Source: an uncultured Halobacteriales archaeon
GTDB taxonomy: Archaea; Halobacteriota; Halobacteria; Halobacteriales; Halalkalicoccaceae
DNA: 64,000 nt
Assembly: GCA_964454105.1 (NCBI GenBank)
Contig: CAYVQH010000001.1
Location: 6,410-70,409, forward strand
Direction: 5' to 3'
The notes under the pieces are model-generated. The model saw only the letters and a program-made list of their open reading frames with translations. It was not told where the DNA came from and searched no databases. Numbering within the stretch: the stretch's first letter is position 1; every line of letters begins with the position of its first letter. Positions 20,326 to 29,591 of the stretch are shown one piece after another. Made by a program: the position numbers and the translations under genes.

Positions 20326-20689
20326 CCGTCGGAAACGTCTCGTGAAGGACGTCGTGAGCCTCGCCCAGCCCCGTGAGGACGTCCTCGCCCTGACTGGTCA
20401 GCCGTCGTACTGCCCGCTCGGCATCACGAACGGCGACGAGACGGCCGCGCAGGTAGTCGTACTCCTCGCTTCCCTCGTCGGCGTTCGCGACCTCCTCCTC
20501 GAGATCGACCAGCGCACCGTCGAGGTGGCGTTCGATCTCCGAGAAACTCGTGGCCTCGGCCAGCCCCTCGATGGGGCCCTCCAGTTCACCCTCGAGTTCG
20601 GATTCGGCGTGGTCCCGAGCGCGTTCGTCCTCGGTGCCGAGCACGTTCATCAGGCCGAGTCGCAGTGCTTCGAGTTCGTGGCAGGTCAT
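20318..20689 (-). CDS. DUF3209 family protein
   Basis: MTCHELEALRLGLMNVLG...HAESEL, C-terminal HDVLHETFP. Confidence 0.85.
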   Translation of the reverse strand: MTCHELEALRLGLMNVLGTEDERARDHAESELEGELEGPIEGLAEATSFSEIERHLDGALVDLEEEVANADEGSEEYDYLRGRLVAVRDAERAVRRLTSQGEDVLTGLGEAHDVLHETFPTDE

Positions 20690-20746
20690 GTGTGGTAGTC
20701 GTGGTCGATGGTTGTCAGTGTCGTGGTCGGTTGGCGTGCGGTGCGA

Positions 20747-21967
20747 TCACAGCGTTCGGTCGACGGCGTCAGAGACGATGCGGTCCCGGTCGAGATGTGA
20801 TGAGACGATCCGTTCGGCGTCGTTCCCGTCGACGCCGCCGTACCAGACGCCGTCGGGGTAGACCGCGACCATCGGTCCATCGCCACACCGTCCGAGACAG
20901 GACGAACGGGTGATCCGGGCGTCACACTCCTCGGAGTCGCGGACAGCCTGGCGCAGGCGTTCGAGGACGGCGGGAGCGCCGTCGGCCGCACAGGTACGGT
21001 TCGTACAGACGGCGACGTGTTTCTCGGGCGCGTCATGGGCATGAGGATCGTCGTCGACGTTCTCACGGTCGGCGTGGGCCTCCCGGTGGGTGAGGGCGCG
21101 CAACATCGCTCGTGCGCCGCCCGTGTCGTCCTCGTAGCCGTCGAGTTCGACCTTGTACTTGCAGGTGTCACAGGACATCTCGACGCTGTCCGAGCGCGCC
21201 TCCTGCCAGCGGTCGGCCAGCACCGAAAGGAGGCGGCCGTCGGTCCCGAGCGGGTCGCCCGCCGCCGCCTCGACGTAGGGATACTCGTCGTCGAACTCCC
21301 GGGTGCGCTCGCGGATCCGCTCGGTGAGCACGCCGTCGCCGAGCATGTACGGAACGACGGCGATCGTATCCGGACGGGTCTTCGCGACGTCGTGGAGCGT
21401 CTCGTCCAGCAGTGGCTCGGTAACGCCGATGAACGACGCCTCGACCCGCGAGAACGCCCGACCCTCGTAGAGCAATCGGGCGAGTTTGTGGACGTCGGCA
21501 TTGGCATCGGGGTCGCTCGATCCGCGTGCACAGAGCACGACCGCCACGTCATCGCTCGTGCGGTCGACGCCCGATCGATCCTCGACGTTCGTCACTCGGT
21601 CATCGAGCAGGTCGACGATCGCAGGGTGGATCCCGAGATGGGCACCGTTGTGCAGTTCGAGCGCGGGATGGTCCGACCGAGCGCGCTGGAGGGCGAGGGG
21701 AACGTCGTTCTTGACGTGGCCCGCGGCAAAGAGCGACAGCTGGACGACCGTGAGCGTCGAGACCGTCGGCGCGAGCCCCGCGATCGCCTCGCCGATGGCC
21801 GGCTCGGCAAGCTCGAGAAAGGCGGCGTCAACGGGAACCTCGAGTCGCTCCTCCAGTCCGGCGGCGAGTCGGCGCACCTGTTCGTTCGACTCCTCGCGGC
21901 GCGAGCCGTGGCCCACCAGGAGGACGGCCTCGTCGTCGAACGCGCCGCCGGTCGCGGTTCGACTCAT
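20747..21967 (-). CDS. cbiX: Sirohydrochlorin cobaltochelatase CbiX with C-terminal thioredoxin-like Fe-S domain
   Basis: VGHGSR, AAGHVKND, second CbiX domain, MSCDTCKY, CTNRTC...CLGRC. Confidence 0.92.
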   Translation of the reverse strand: MSRTATGGAFDDEAVLLVGHGSRREESNEQVRRLAAGLEERLEVPVDAAFLELAEPAIGEAIAGLAPTVSTLTVVQLSLFAAGHVKNDVPLALQRARSDHPALELHNGAHLGIHPAIVDLLDDRVTNVEDRSGVDRTSDDVAVVLCARGSSDPDANADVHKLARLLYEGRAFSRVEASFIGVTEPLLDETLHDVAKTRPDTIAVVPYMLGDGVLTERIRERTREFDDEYPYVEAAAGDPLGTDGRLLSVLADRWQEARSDSVEMSCDTCKYKVELDGYEDDTGGARAMLRALTHREAHADRENVDDDPHAHDAPEKHVAVCTNRTCAADGAPAVLERLRQAVRDSEECDARITRSSCLGRCGDGPMVAVYPDGVWYGGVDGNDAERIVSSHLDRDRIVSDAVDRTL

Positions 21968-22671
21968 CACCGCCCTCCGCTCCCCGCGCGCAGCGTCCCG
22001 ACCTCGCGACCGGTCGCGCGCTCGACGCTGCGCAGGGTCTTCCGGCGCCGGCTCGGGGAGAACAGCCCCGACTCGCCGCTGCCCCCGTAGAGCCAGGCGG
22101 CGGCCTCGGCGGTGTCGTCGTCCGCGAGCCCGAACCAGTAGCCGCCGCTCGAACTCTCCTCGAGGGCGTCGTACTCGGCTGCGGGCTCGGCGGCGTCGAG
22201 CAGCGCCCGGATCCGCCGGTGGAGCCGCCGGTCAGCGTGGACGAACGAGACGCCGACCTCCTCCGATGATTCGCGGAAACAGACGACTCCGCAGGCCTCG
22301 AGAAGCCCCCGCAGGAGCTGTCGATCGTGTTCCGCGAAGGCGTCGAACCGGTAGCCGCCGGGCTGGTCGTCGAGCGGGAGGCCGAGTGCCGCGCTCGCTC
22401 GCTCCGCCAGATTGCCGAACACCTGGACGGTGTATTCGTCCTCACCACGGGCGATCGCGGTGTCGTGGGCGAACTCGCGTTCGACGATGCGGTGATCCAC
22501 CTGTTCCGCTCCGGCGATCGCCGCGAGCCGCCGTGCCGCAGTCTCGTCGCGCGTCCGCACGGTCACACAGCCCTCCCCGACGTCGCCGTCGCCAGCGACC
22601 CGTCCCCAGAAGTACGCCGTCTCGGGATGTGCAGCGAGCATGTGTTTCGGACTCTCGATCTCGATGGCCAT
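21967..22671 (-). CDS. Cobalamin-cluster protein with a degenerate LAGLIDADG-like fold
   Basis: Start moved to ATG 22671; AYFWGRVAGDG and QLLRGLLEACG helices; overlaps the cbiX start. Confidence 0.75.
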   Translation of the reverse strand: MAIEIESPKHMLAAHPETAYFWGRVAGDGDVGEGCVTVRTRDETAARRLAAIAGAEQVDHRIVEREFAHDTAIARGEDEYTVQVFGNLAERASAALGLPLDDQPGGYRFDAFAEHDRQLLRGLLEACGVVCFRESSEEVGVSFVHADRRLHRRIRALLDAAEPAAEYDALEESSSGGYWFGLADDDTAEAAAWLYGGSGESGLFSPSRRRKTLRSVERATGREVGTLRAGSGGR

Positions 22672-22672
22672 C

Positions 22673-22978
22673 TCAGGACACCTCCAGAGTCTCGACGGTG
22701 ATCGCGTTCGGCGGACAGGCCGCCGCCGCCCGTCGAGCCTCGTCGATCCGGTCGTCGTCGAACTCCGCGACGATCTCCCCGTCCTCCTCGCGGATCCGGC
22801 CGGCGTCGCTGCCGTCGGGCGGGGCGGGATCGGCGGCGGGGTCAATCGTCGCCAACCCGTCGTCGGCCTCGACGAACCGCGGGTCCCGCGTCAGGCAGGC
22901 GAAGATCCCCTCGCAGGCGTTTCTGTCGATCGTCACGCGGTAGGCAGGCGTCTCGCCGTGAGTATCGTCGGTAGCCAT
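22673..22978 (-). CDS. Single-cluster ferredoxin (3Fe-4S/4Fe-4S type)
   Basis: IDRNACEGIFAC...AAACPPNAI. Confidence 0.85.
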   Translation of the reverse strand: MATDDTHGETPAYRVTIDRNACEGIFACLTRDPRFVEADDGLATIDPAADPAPPDGSDAGRIREEDGEIVAEFDDDRIDEARRAAAACPPNAITVETLEVS

Positions 22979-22985
22979 TGATGGA

Positions 22986-24023
22986 TCAGTACTCGTATTT
23001 GGTCTCGTAGCCACGGGGGGTCACCATCCGATCGTCCCAGACGTACGTCTCCTCGTTGCCCACCAGGATCGTCGTCGTCATGTCGATTATCGGTTCCTCG
23101 CCGAGTCCTTCGAGTTCGCCGAGCGTCGTCAGCAGCGTCTCCTCCTCGTCGCGCCCGGCGGCGTGGACGATCCCGACCGGCGTGTCCGGATCTCGATGTG
23201 AGAGGAGGATCTCACAGCACGTCTCGAAGTTCTCGCGACGCTTGCGACTCCAGGGGTTGTAGATCGCGATCGTAAAGCCCTCGCCCGCGACGGCGTGCAG
23301 CCGCGACTCGATCTCGTCCATCGGCGTGAGGTGGTCCGACAGCGAGATCGAGACCGTGTCGTTCACGAGGGGAGCGCCCAGTCGCGCACCACAGGACTGG
23401 GCCGCCGGGACTCCCGGAACGACCTCGAACTCGACCATCGAGGCGGTCGCGCCCTTCGACTCGAGGATCTCCAGTGCGAGCCCCGAGAGCGCGTAGACGT
23501 TCGGGTCCCCGCTGCCGATGATCGCGACGTCGTTGCCTGCAAGCGCCCGGTCGATCGCCTCCTCGGTCCGAGAGACCTCGCCACACATCGGCGTATCGTA
23601 GATCTCCTCGGCGTCCTCGACGATCCCGTCGGGCAGCAGTTCGACGTAGGTGGTGTAGCCCACGATGTGCTCGCTGTCGGCGAGCGCCCGCCTCGCGCGC
23701 GCTGTCATCCCCTCCGGCTCGCCGGGGCCCAAGCCCACGGCGACCAGCCGGCCGGGCTCGGCGTCGAAGTCCTCGACGGTCGAGCCGACCTCCTCCTCGT
23801 CGCTCGACGAGCTCCCACAGTCCGACGACGAGTCGCCCGGCGAGGCGCCACACGTCGACGGACTCCCGCCGGTGGATCCGCTCGCGTTCGCATCCGGCTC
23901 CGTCGAGGCGGTCCCCCCGCACTTCGAAGTCCCGTCGGCCTGCCGCTCGCTCGACGTACCGCAGTTCGATTCCGCTTTCGTACTCGCGTTCGATTCGGTC
24001 TCGGTGTCGGTTTCGGTGCTCAT
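22986..24023 (-). CDS. cbiH: Precorrin-3B C17-methyltransferase (CbiH/CobJ) with a Cys/Ser-rich N-terminal extension
   Basis: VGLGPG, GYTTY, SGDPNVY, PGVPAA, ISLSDHLTP, IDMTT, TPRGY. Confidence 0.93.
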   Translation of the reverse strand: MSTETDTETESNASTKAESNCGTSSERQADGTSKCGGTASTEPDANASGSTGGSPSTCGASPGDSSSDCGSSSSDEEEVGSTVEDFDAEPGRLVAVGLGPGEPEGMTARARRALADSEHIVGYTTYVELLPDGIVEDAEEIYDTPMCGEVSRTEEAIDRALAGNDVAIIGSGDPNVYALSGLALEILESKGATASMVEFEVVPGVPAAQSCGARLGAPLVNDTVSISLSDHLTPMDEIESRLHAVAGEGFTIAIYNPWSRKRRENFETCCEILLSHRDPDTPVGIVHAAGRDEEETLLTTLGELEGLGEEPIIDMTTTILVGNEETYVWDDRMVTPRGYETKYEY

Positions 24024-24042
24024 GATTGGATCGTGTCGGCTC

Positions 24043-24894
24043 TCAGAAGTCGTCGACGTCACGCCCGCCGCGCGGGGTGACGAGGAACCGCTCGTAGTCG
24101 TTCTCCCAGATCTCGGTCTCGTGACTGGCGATCAGCAGCGAGGTACCCATTCCCGAGACCTCGTCGTGGTGCTCGGTGGCCTCGCCCAGCGTCGTGATCG
24201 TCCGCCCCTCGCCGTTGCGCCCGGCGTCGCCCCGGCAGGCGTCGTTGAAGATCGCCACCGGGACGTCGTCGCTTCGCTCCTCGCGGACGATCCCGACCGC
24301 CCGCTCGTAGTTGCGCCAGCAGTTGTACAAGACGATCACGAACCCGCTGATCGCCGCCGCCCGCAGTTTCTCCTCGATCTCGTCCCAGCCGCGCCACTTA
24401 TCGGAGAGCGATACCGTGCAGAAGTCGTTCGAGAGGGGCGCGCCGAGGTTCGCTGCGCCGCCCAGCGCCGCCGTGACGCCGGGAACGATCTCGATGGGAA
24501 TCTCGGTCGCGTCCTCCTCGCGGGCCATCACGAACAGCAGGTCGCTCTTGCCGTAGACGTTCGGGTCGCCCCCCGAGACGTGCGCGACGTCCTCGCCGGC
24601 CCGCACGCGCTCGAAGGCCTCGCGGGCGAGCTCGATCTGGCGACCCATCGTCGAGCGGATCACTTCCTGGTCACGATCCGGCGACGCCGACGCGGCCACC
24701 CCTCCGCCGGCGACCGCGTCCGCCGGTGCCAGGGTACCGTCCTTCCGGAGGAACTCCTGGTAGAGGTTCGAGGCGATCACGCAGTCGGCGGTGGTGATGA
24801 CGTCCTTCGCGCGCTGGGTCATGTCGCCCGGCAGCCCGGGACCGATCCCGACGACGTACAGCGTGCCGAGGTCGTCGGCTCGCTCCTCGCTCAT
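24043..24894 (-). CDS. cbiH: Second CbiH/CobJ-like tetrapyrrole methyltransferase
   Basis: VGIGPG, GGDPNVYG, PGVTAA, SLSDKWRGW, TPRGG; start MSEERADD overlaps the cbiG stop. Confidence 0.88.
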   Translation of the reverse strand: MSEERADDLGTLYVVGIGPGLPGDMTQRAKDVITTADCVIASNLYQEFLRKDGTLAPADAVAGGGVAASASPDRDQEVIRSTMGRQIELAREAFERVRAGEDVAHVSGGDPNVYGKSDLLFVMAREEDATEIPIEIVPGVTAALGGAANLGAPLSNDFCTVSLSDKWRGWDEIEEKLRAAAISGFVIVLYNCWRNYERAVGIVREERSDDVPVAIFNDACRGDAGRNGEGRTITTLGEATEHHDEVSGMGTSLLIASHETEIWENDYERFLVTPRGGRDVDDF

Positions 24895-25865
24895 CGTCCC
24901 ACCGCCACCGTCACCGCGTCCTCGTGGCTCAGTTTCCCCACGAGCAGGTCGTGCTCGCTGCCGGCGGCGATGGCGCTGGCCTCCGAGATACCCGGCCAGC
25001 CGATCAGCTCCTTCGAGCGCGACGGGGTCGGCCCTTCGAAGCGTTCGAGGTCCTCCTTCGACAGCGAGATCACGCCGAGGCCCTTCTCGGCGGCCGCCGC
25101 GAGCAGCCCCGGCTCCTCCTCCTTGCGGGTGCCCGTGGCGACGAACTCCACGTCCGACCACTCCGCGCCCGCCTCCTCGAGCGCCCGCTCCCAGGCCGCG
25201 AGGAACTGCCCCTCCTTCGCGCCCGAGACACTGCCGGTTCCGAGGACGACTCCGTCCTTCTCCTCGTTTCGCTTCAGGACGGTCACGTCGTCGTCGACCA
25301 ACACGGCTTTCGGCCCGTCGAGACGCTCTATAGGACCGAGCTCGCCGTCGAGCACGGCGAGGTTCGTCGCCACCGTCGAGTCGCCGTTGACGACGTGGGC
25401 GTCGAGCGCCTTCGCCTGTTTCTCGACGCCCTGCTTGTCCGCCGCCTCGCTCGCGGTGGTCATCGCGGGCACCGCTCCCATCGACGCCAGGTCGTCTGCG
25501 ACCTGGTTGGCGCCGTGGTGGCCCCCCGTGATCGGGATCGCCCACGTCAGCTCCTCGTCGATCACGACGACGGCGGGGTCGTCCCATTTGTCGTCGAGCA
25601 GGGGGGCGGTCTTTCGCATCGCGATGCCGCTCGCCATCAAGCCAATGAAACAATCGTACTCGCCCCAGTGTTCGGCGAAGACGTCGCCGTCGTAGGGAAG
25701 GATCTCGATCGACTCGTAGCGCTCGCCGATCCCCTCAACGATCTCCTCGGCGGTTTCCATCTTGCGTTCGAAGGCGATGACGGCGATCTCCTCCGCGACC
25801 TCGCCGTCCGAGTCGGGCACTTTGCAGCTGTTCGATCCGTCCATGGTGTCGTTGTCGGTGCTCAT
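24891..25865 (-). CDS. cbiG: Cobalt-precorrin-5A hydrolase CbiG
   Basis: MASGIAMRK, DKWDDPAVVVID, GGHHGAN, MTTASE, GISEASA. Confidence 0.93.
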   Translation of the reverse strand: MSTDNDTMDGSNSCKVPDSDGEVAEEIAVIAFERKMETAEEIVEGIGERYESIEILPYDGDVFAEHWGEYDCFIGLMASGIAMRKTAPLLDDKWDDPAVVVIDEELTWAIPITGGHHGANQVADDLASMGAVPAMTTASEAADKQGVEKQAKALDAHVVNGDSTVATNLAVLDGELGPIERLDGPKAVLVDDDVTVLKRNEEKDGVVLGTGSVSGAKEGQFLAAWERALEEAGAEWSDVEFVATGTRKEEEPGLLAAAAEKGLGVISLSKEDLERFEGPTPSRSKELIGWPGISEASAIAAGSEHDLLVGKLSHEDAVTVAVGR

Positions 25866-25867
25866 TG

Positions 25868-26791
25868 TCAGTCGTCAGCTCCCGTTTCCGCCGTCTCGGT
25901 CGCGGGGTCGGCATCAGCCTCGCCGGCGTCGTCCCCGCTCTCGCCGTCCGATCCGCGGTTCGCCCAGTCGCCGTACAGATAGGAGCGCTCGTAGCCCGCG
26001 CCGGTGGCGGCCTCACCGATGATCACCAGCGCCGAGGCCCGATAGCCCGCCGCCTCGACGCGCTCGCCGATCGTTCCGATGGTGCCTTCGATGACGTCCT
26101 CGTCGGGCCAGGAGGCGTGATAGACGACGGCCACGGGGGTATCGGGATCGTGGCCCTCCTCGAGCAGCCGGTCCATCGTCTCGCTCACGGCGTGGGTGCC
26201 GAGGTAGATGCAGGTCGTCACGTCGCCCATCCCGACGAACTCGCCGATGTGGTCCTCCTCGCTGCTCAGCGTCCTCCCCTGCGGGCGGGTGAACGCGACG
26301 TGGTTCGCGACCTCGTTGAGCGTCAACTGGGTCCTGAGGGTCGCGCTGGCCGCGAACGCCGAGGTGACGCCGGGAACGAGATACGTCGGGACGTCCGCCT
26401 GTTCGAGCGCGTCCATCTGCTCGAGGGCCGCCCCGTAGATCGCCGGGTCGCCGCTGTGGAGCCGGACGACCCGCTCACCGTCCTCGTGGGCCTCGCGCAT
26501 CAGCGGCACGAGCTCCTCCAAGTCCTTGCCGACGCTGTTGACCGTCCTCGCGTCCGCACAGTATCGATCCAACAGCTCGCTGTTGACGAGCGACCCCGCG
26601 TGCACCACGAGGTCGGCCGCCTCGACGAGCTCCCGGCCCGCGACCGTCAGCAGCCGCGGATCGCCCGGACCGGCCCCGACGAAGGGGATCCCCTCCCCCT
26701 CGTCGCCCGCGCTGCGCTCGTGAACCCGGGAGTCGCGCTCGCGAAGACGGCGCTCGCTCTGGACGTCGATCGCATCCTGGGGATCGCTCAC
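25868..26791 (-). CDS. cbiF: Cobalt-precorrin-4 C11-methyltransferase
   Basis: GTG start at 26791; VGAGPGDP, AGSLVN, RLHSGDP, PGVTS, ASWPDE, RSYLY. Confidence 0.93.
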   Translation of the reverse strand: MSDPQDAIDVQSERRLRERDSRVHERSAGDEGEGIPFVGAGPGDPRLLTVAGRELVEAADLVVHAGSLVNSELLDRYCADARTVNSVGKDLEELVPLMREAHEDGERVVRLHSGDPAIYGAALEQMDALEQADVPTYLVPGVTSAFAASATLRTQLTLNEVANHVAFTRPQGRTLSSEEDHIGEFVGMGDVTTCIYLGTHAVSETMDRLLEEGHDPDTPVAVVYHASWPDEDVIEGTIGTIGERVEAAGYRASALVIIGEAATGAGYERSYLYGDWANRGSDGESGDDAGEADADPATETAETGADD

Positions 26792-27588
26792 GCCGTCCCA
26801 CCTCCGGGTCCGGACCGGTGTGGGTCGGGTTCCGACTCGGACCCCTCGCCGTGGTGGCAGTCGCCGTGCTCGCAGCCCGCCGCCCGCTCGGCGTCCGATT
26901 CGTCGGCCTCGAACGCGTCCGTCGCTCGATCGGTTTCGAGACCGCGCTTCTCGGCGTACGCGAGGGTGTAGTAGTCCCGCTCGGCCAGCTCCTCGGGGTC
27001 GTCGGTGACGGCCGTCTCGCCCCGTTCCATGTAGAGCCGGCGGCCGTAGGTGACGTCGTAGCCCGCCTCGAGAAGCCCCTCGTGGGTCGCGGGCGCGTCG
27101 GTGACTTTGAACAGCACCATCCGGTCGGGGCCGGTCGGGGCAGCGCCATCGGACGCCTCCCGGAGCGCGAGCCCCGCGCCGGCCTCGATCTCGACCCCGA
27201 GGGCGGTCGAAAAAGCGGTGACGGCGCTGACGCCGGGAACGATCTCGAGATCGATTCCGGGATGGAACACGTCGAGGGTGCGCCGCAGATGGCCGAACGT
27301 CGAATAGACGTTTGGATCCCCCAGCGTGACGAACGCGGCGTCGTCGTCGCGGGCACGCGGCGCGATCTCCGCGGCGGCCTCCTTCCACGCCCGGCGCAGT
27401 TCCGCCTTGTCTCTGGTCATCGGAAAGTCGAGATCGCCGATCCGTCCTTCGGGGACGTGTTCGAGCGCGACCCGCCTGGAGAGGCGACCCGGCGAGTAGA
27501 CCACGTCGGCCGACTCGAGCGCGCGCTTCCCACGCAGGGTGAGCAGCCCTGGATCGCCGGGGCCGAGTCCGACGCCGTAGAGGGTCAT
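26788..27588 (-). CDS. cbiL: Cobalt-factor II C20-methyltransferase
   Basis: LYGVGLGPGDP, FPMT, TLGDPNVYSTF, PGVS. Confidence 0.93.
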   Translation of the reverse strand: MTLYGVGLGPGDPGLLTLRGKRALESADVVYSPGRLSRRVALEHVPEGRIGDLDFPMTRDKAELRRAWKEAAAEIAPRARDDDAAFVTLGDPNVYSTFGHLRRTLDVFHPGIDLEIVPGVSAVTAFSTALGVEIEAGAGLALREASDGAAPTGPDRMVLFKVTDAPATHEGLLEAGYDVTYGRRLYMERGETAVTDDPEELAERDYYTLAYAEKRGLETDRATDAFEADESDAERAAGCEHGDCHHGEGSESEPDPHRSGPGGGTA

Positions 27589-28172
27589 CGTTTCCCTCCC
27601 ACGGGATCGCCGCCGTCCGCGGCCACCTCGGGACCCGCGCCCCCGATCAGCATGTAGACCGGGTTCTCGGAATCGAAGCTCGTCGCACCGGCGAGTTCGT
27701 AGCCGTGGCTCACCTGGAACTGGACGACGGAATCGAGCAGGTCGCGATCGCGAAACGCCTCGACGGCCCGCCCGGCGACCTCCAGCCGGGAGACGTTCAT
27801 CACGACCCGGTCGATGCCGGCCGCGACGGCGTGATCGAGCACCGCCTCGTAGTTGCGCGAGCCGCCCAGAAACAGCGCATCCGCGTCCTCGGGCAGGCCC
27901 TCCGGGGCTTCTAACTCCCGAAGATCGACGTCAGCGGCCGTCTCGTTGGCCGCGAGGTTCTTCTCGGTGACCGCAAGCCGGTCGGGCTTGCGCTCGATCG
28001 CCGTCACTCGGCCGGCCCGACGAGCCGCCTCGATCGTGACCGCTCCGGTACACGAACCGACCTCGGCGAAGTGGTCGCTCGCCCGTAAATCGAGCTTATC
28101 GAGCAGGACGGCCCGAACCTCCGGTTTCGTCGGACCGGCCTTCGCGTCGTGGGGTAGCGCTACTCGGGGCAT
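27585..28172 (-). CDS. cbiT: Precorrin-6B C15-methyltransferase (decarboxylating)
   Basis: GPTKPEVRA, EVGSCTGAVTIE, FLGGS, NPVY. Confidence 0.92.
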   Translation of the reverse strand: MPRVALPHDAKAGPTKPEVRAVLLDKLDLRASDHFAEVGSCTGAVTIEAARRAGRVTAIERKPDRLAVTEKNLAANETAADVDLRELEAPEGLPEDADALFLGGSRNYEAVLDHAVAAGIDRVVMNVSRLEVAGRAVEAFRDRDLLDSVVQFQVSHGYELAGATSFDSENPVYMLIGGAGPEVAADGGDPVGGKR

Positions 28173-28280
28173 CACGAAGTACAAGTGAGGGTGGGCGTAA
28201 AACAATTGTGGTTGTATTAATATCGTCTGATAACAACCTGATTTGTTTCCAGAAGGGGATGACGGACGACGGTGGCCCGT

Positions 28281-28610
28281 TCAACGGGTGGGGGCGCCGT
28301 CCGCCGCCTCAATGTCGAGTTCTCGAGCGAGCAGCGCATCGACGTCGTCCGGCCGAACGTCGGAGTACCACTCGTCGCGGGGTTGAAACGATACGGCGAC
28401 ACCGTCCTCGCTGCAGAGCCCGAGACAGCCGGTCTTGACGACGGCCGCCTCCGTCCAGAACAGCCCGTTCTCGCGGAGCGAGGTCTCGATCGCCGAGCGG
28501 ACGGTTTCGCCGCCGGCGTCCCCACAGTAGGCGTGTTTCGCGCGGTCGGTCGTACAGACGAGGATCCAGACCAGGTCCCGGTCGCGCTGCTGGGTGGTCC
28601 GTCGGCGCAT
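28281..28610 (-). CDS. Thioredoxin-like 2Fe-2S ferredoxin (CbiW-like)
   Basis: LVCTTDR...YC...TGCLGLC...EWY. Confidence 0.85.
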   Translation of the reverse strand: MRRRTTQQRDRDLVWILVCTTDRAKHAYCGDAGGETVRSAIETSLRENGLFWTEAAVVKTGCLGLCSEDGVAVSFQPRDEWYSDVRPDDVDALLARELDIEAADGAPTR

Positions 28611-28611
28611 C

Positions 28612-29331
28612 TCAGCCACCCGCGGTCAGGTCGTCCTCGAACTCGGAAACCGATGGCTCGCCGCGCTCGGCCCGGCGGTCGATCCGGGCGTAAACGGCCG
28701 CGAGAATCGCCCAGAGAGCGATCTGCGAGAGGACGACGAGCCACCGGAAGGCGGCCGCGAGTTCGGGGCCGGCGAGGACGTTCGTCGGGACGAGGACGAC
28801 CGGGAACACACACAGCACGAACGGCACCAGAGCGGCCCCGACGGCTGCAGGCGGTCCTCGACGGTGGCGAACCCGGTCGTAGGCGGCGACCGACGACGCG
28901 CAGATGACCGCGCCGAGCACCATCATCGTCCCGTAAATCAGGAGCCGGAGATCGGTCGCAAGCGCCTGCTCGGTGCCCGGCGCGACCGGCGGCAGAACGA
29001 GCCACGGCACGCCCGAGACCGTCAGGAATCCGGCACCAGCGAGGGCGTACGCCTTCGTACTCCCGACTCCGGGTAACGACGGCTCGAACAGGTAGTAGGC
29101 GGCGCCGAACGCTGCGCCGAGCAGTATCCCCCACAGCACGCCGCTCGCGGCACCCACGACCGCCGTGGTCGCCTCCGAGACCGCGTGGGCGTGCTCGGCG
29201 CCTCCGTGATCGTGACCGAGATGTTCGACCTGATGAACGAGAGGGTTGCCCACCAACGCCATGAACAGCCCGTAGACCAGTCCCGCGACGCCGCCCGCGG
29301 CGACCCCGCGTTCGAACGAGTCGACGATCAT
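28612..29331 (-). CDS. cbtA: CbtA family cobalt transporter subunit
   Basis: About 5-6 TM, His-rich loop HLGHDHGGAEHAH, LPPVAPG; lies next to cbtB. Confidence 0.85.
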   Translation of the reverse strand: MIVDSFERGVAAGGVAGLVYGLFMALVGNPLVHQVEHLGHDHGGAEHAHAVSEATTAVVGAASGVLWGILLGAAFGAAYYLFEPSLPGVGSTKAYALAGAGFLTVSGVPWLVLPPVAPGTEQALATDLRLLIYGTMMVLGAVICASSVAAYDRVRHRRGPPAAVGAALVPFVLCVFPVVLVPTNVLAGPELAAAFRWLVVLSQIALWAILAAVYARIDRRAERGEPSVSEFEDDLTAGG

Positions 29332-29336
29332 GGCGA

Positions 29337-29522
29337 TCAGTGGCAAGTGATGCCGGCGACGTGTCGGAAGTTGTGCATCGCGTCGTGGGCCATCGGGTCC
29401 TGCAGGAACAGGAGGGTGAACCCGAGCGCGGCGGCCACGGCGAGCACCGCGGCGGCCTCGGTCGGCGTCAGGTCGGTCTTGGCCTGCTCGATCCGATCAT
29501 GAACGGTGTCGGTCTCCGTCAT
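29337..29522 (-). CDS. cbtB: CbtB cobalt transporter small subunit
   Basis: One TM plus AHDAMHNFRHVAGITCH. Confidence 0.9.
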   Translation of the reverse strand: MTETDTVHDRIEQAKTDLTPTEAAAVLAVAAALGFTLLFLQDPMAHDAMHNFRHVAGITCH

Positions 29523-29591
29523 TGAAACTCTACTTTCTAAGTAAACAAGTTAGATTGTAAAACTTGCGGGAACGGTTCGGCGGCTCGCGGC

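Noticed and set aside
21967-22671. Mobile homing endonuclease, intein or intron
   Set aside because: No splice residues or interrupted host gene; second catalytic acidic residue lost; gene is integrated in the operon
24895-27388. Long N-terminal extensions given by the ORF track for cbiH (to 25653) and cbiF (to 27388)
   Set aside because: They overlap cbiG and cbiL in another frame; true starts are the stop-overlapping ATG 24894 and GTG 26791
28173-28280. Cobalamin riboswitch upstream of cbiT or other cob genes
   Set aside because: Spacers are short or look leaderless, and no B12-box was recognised
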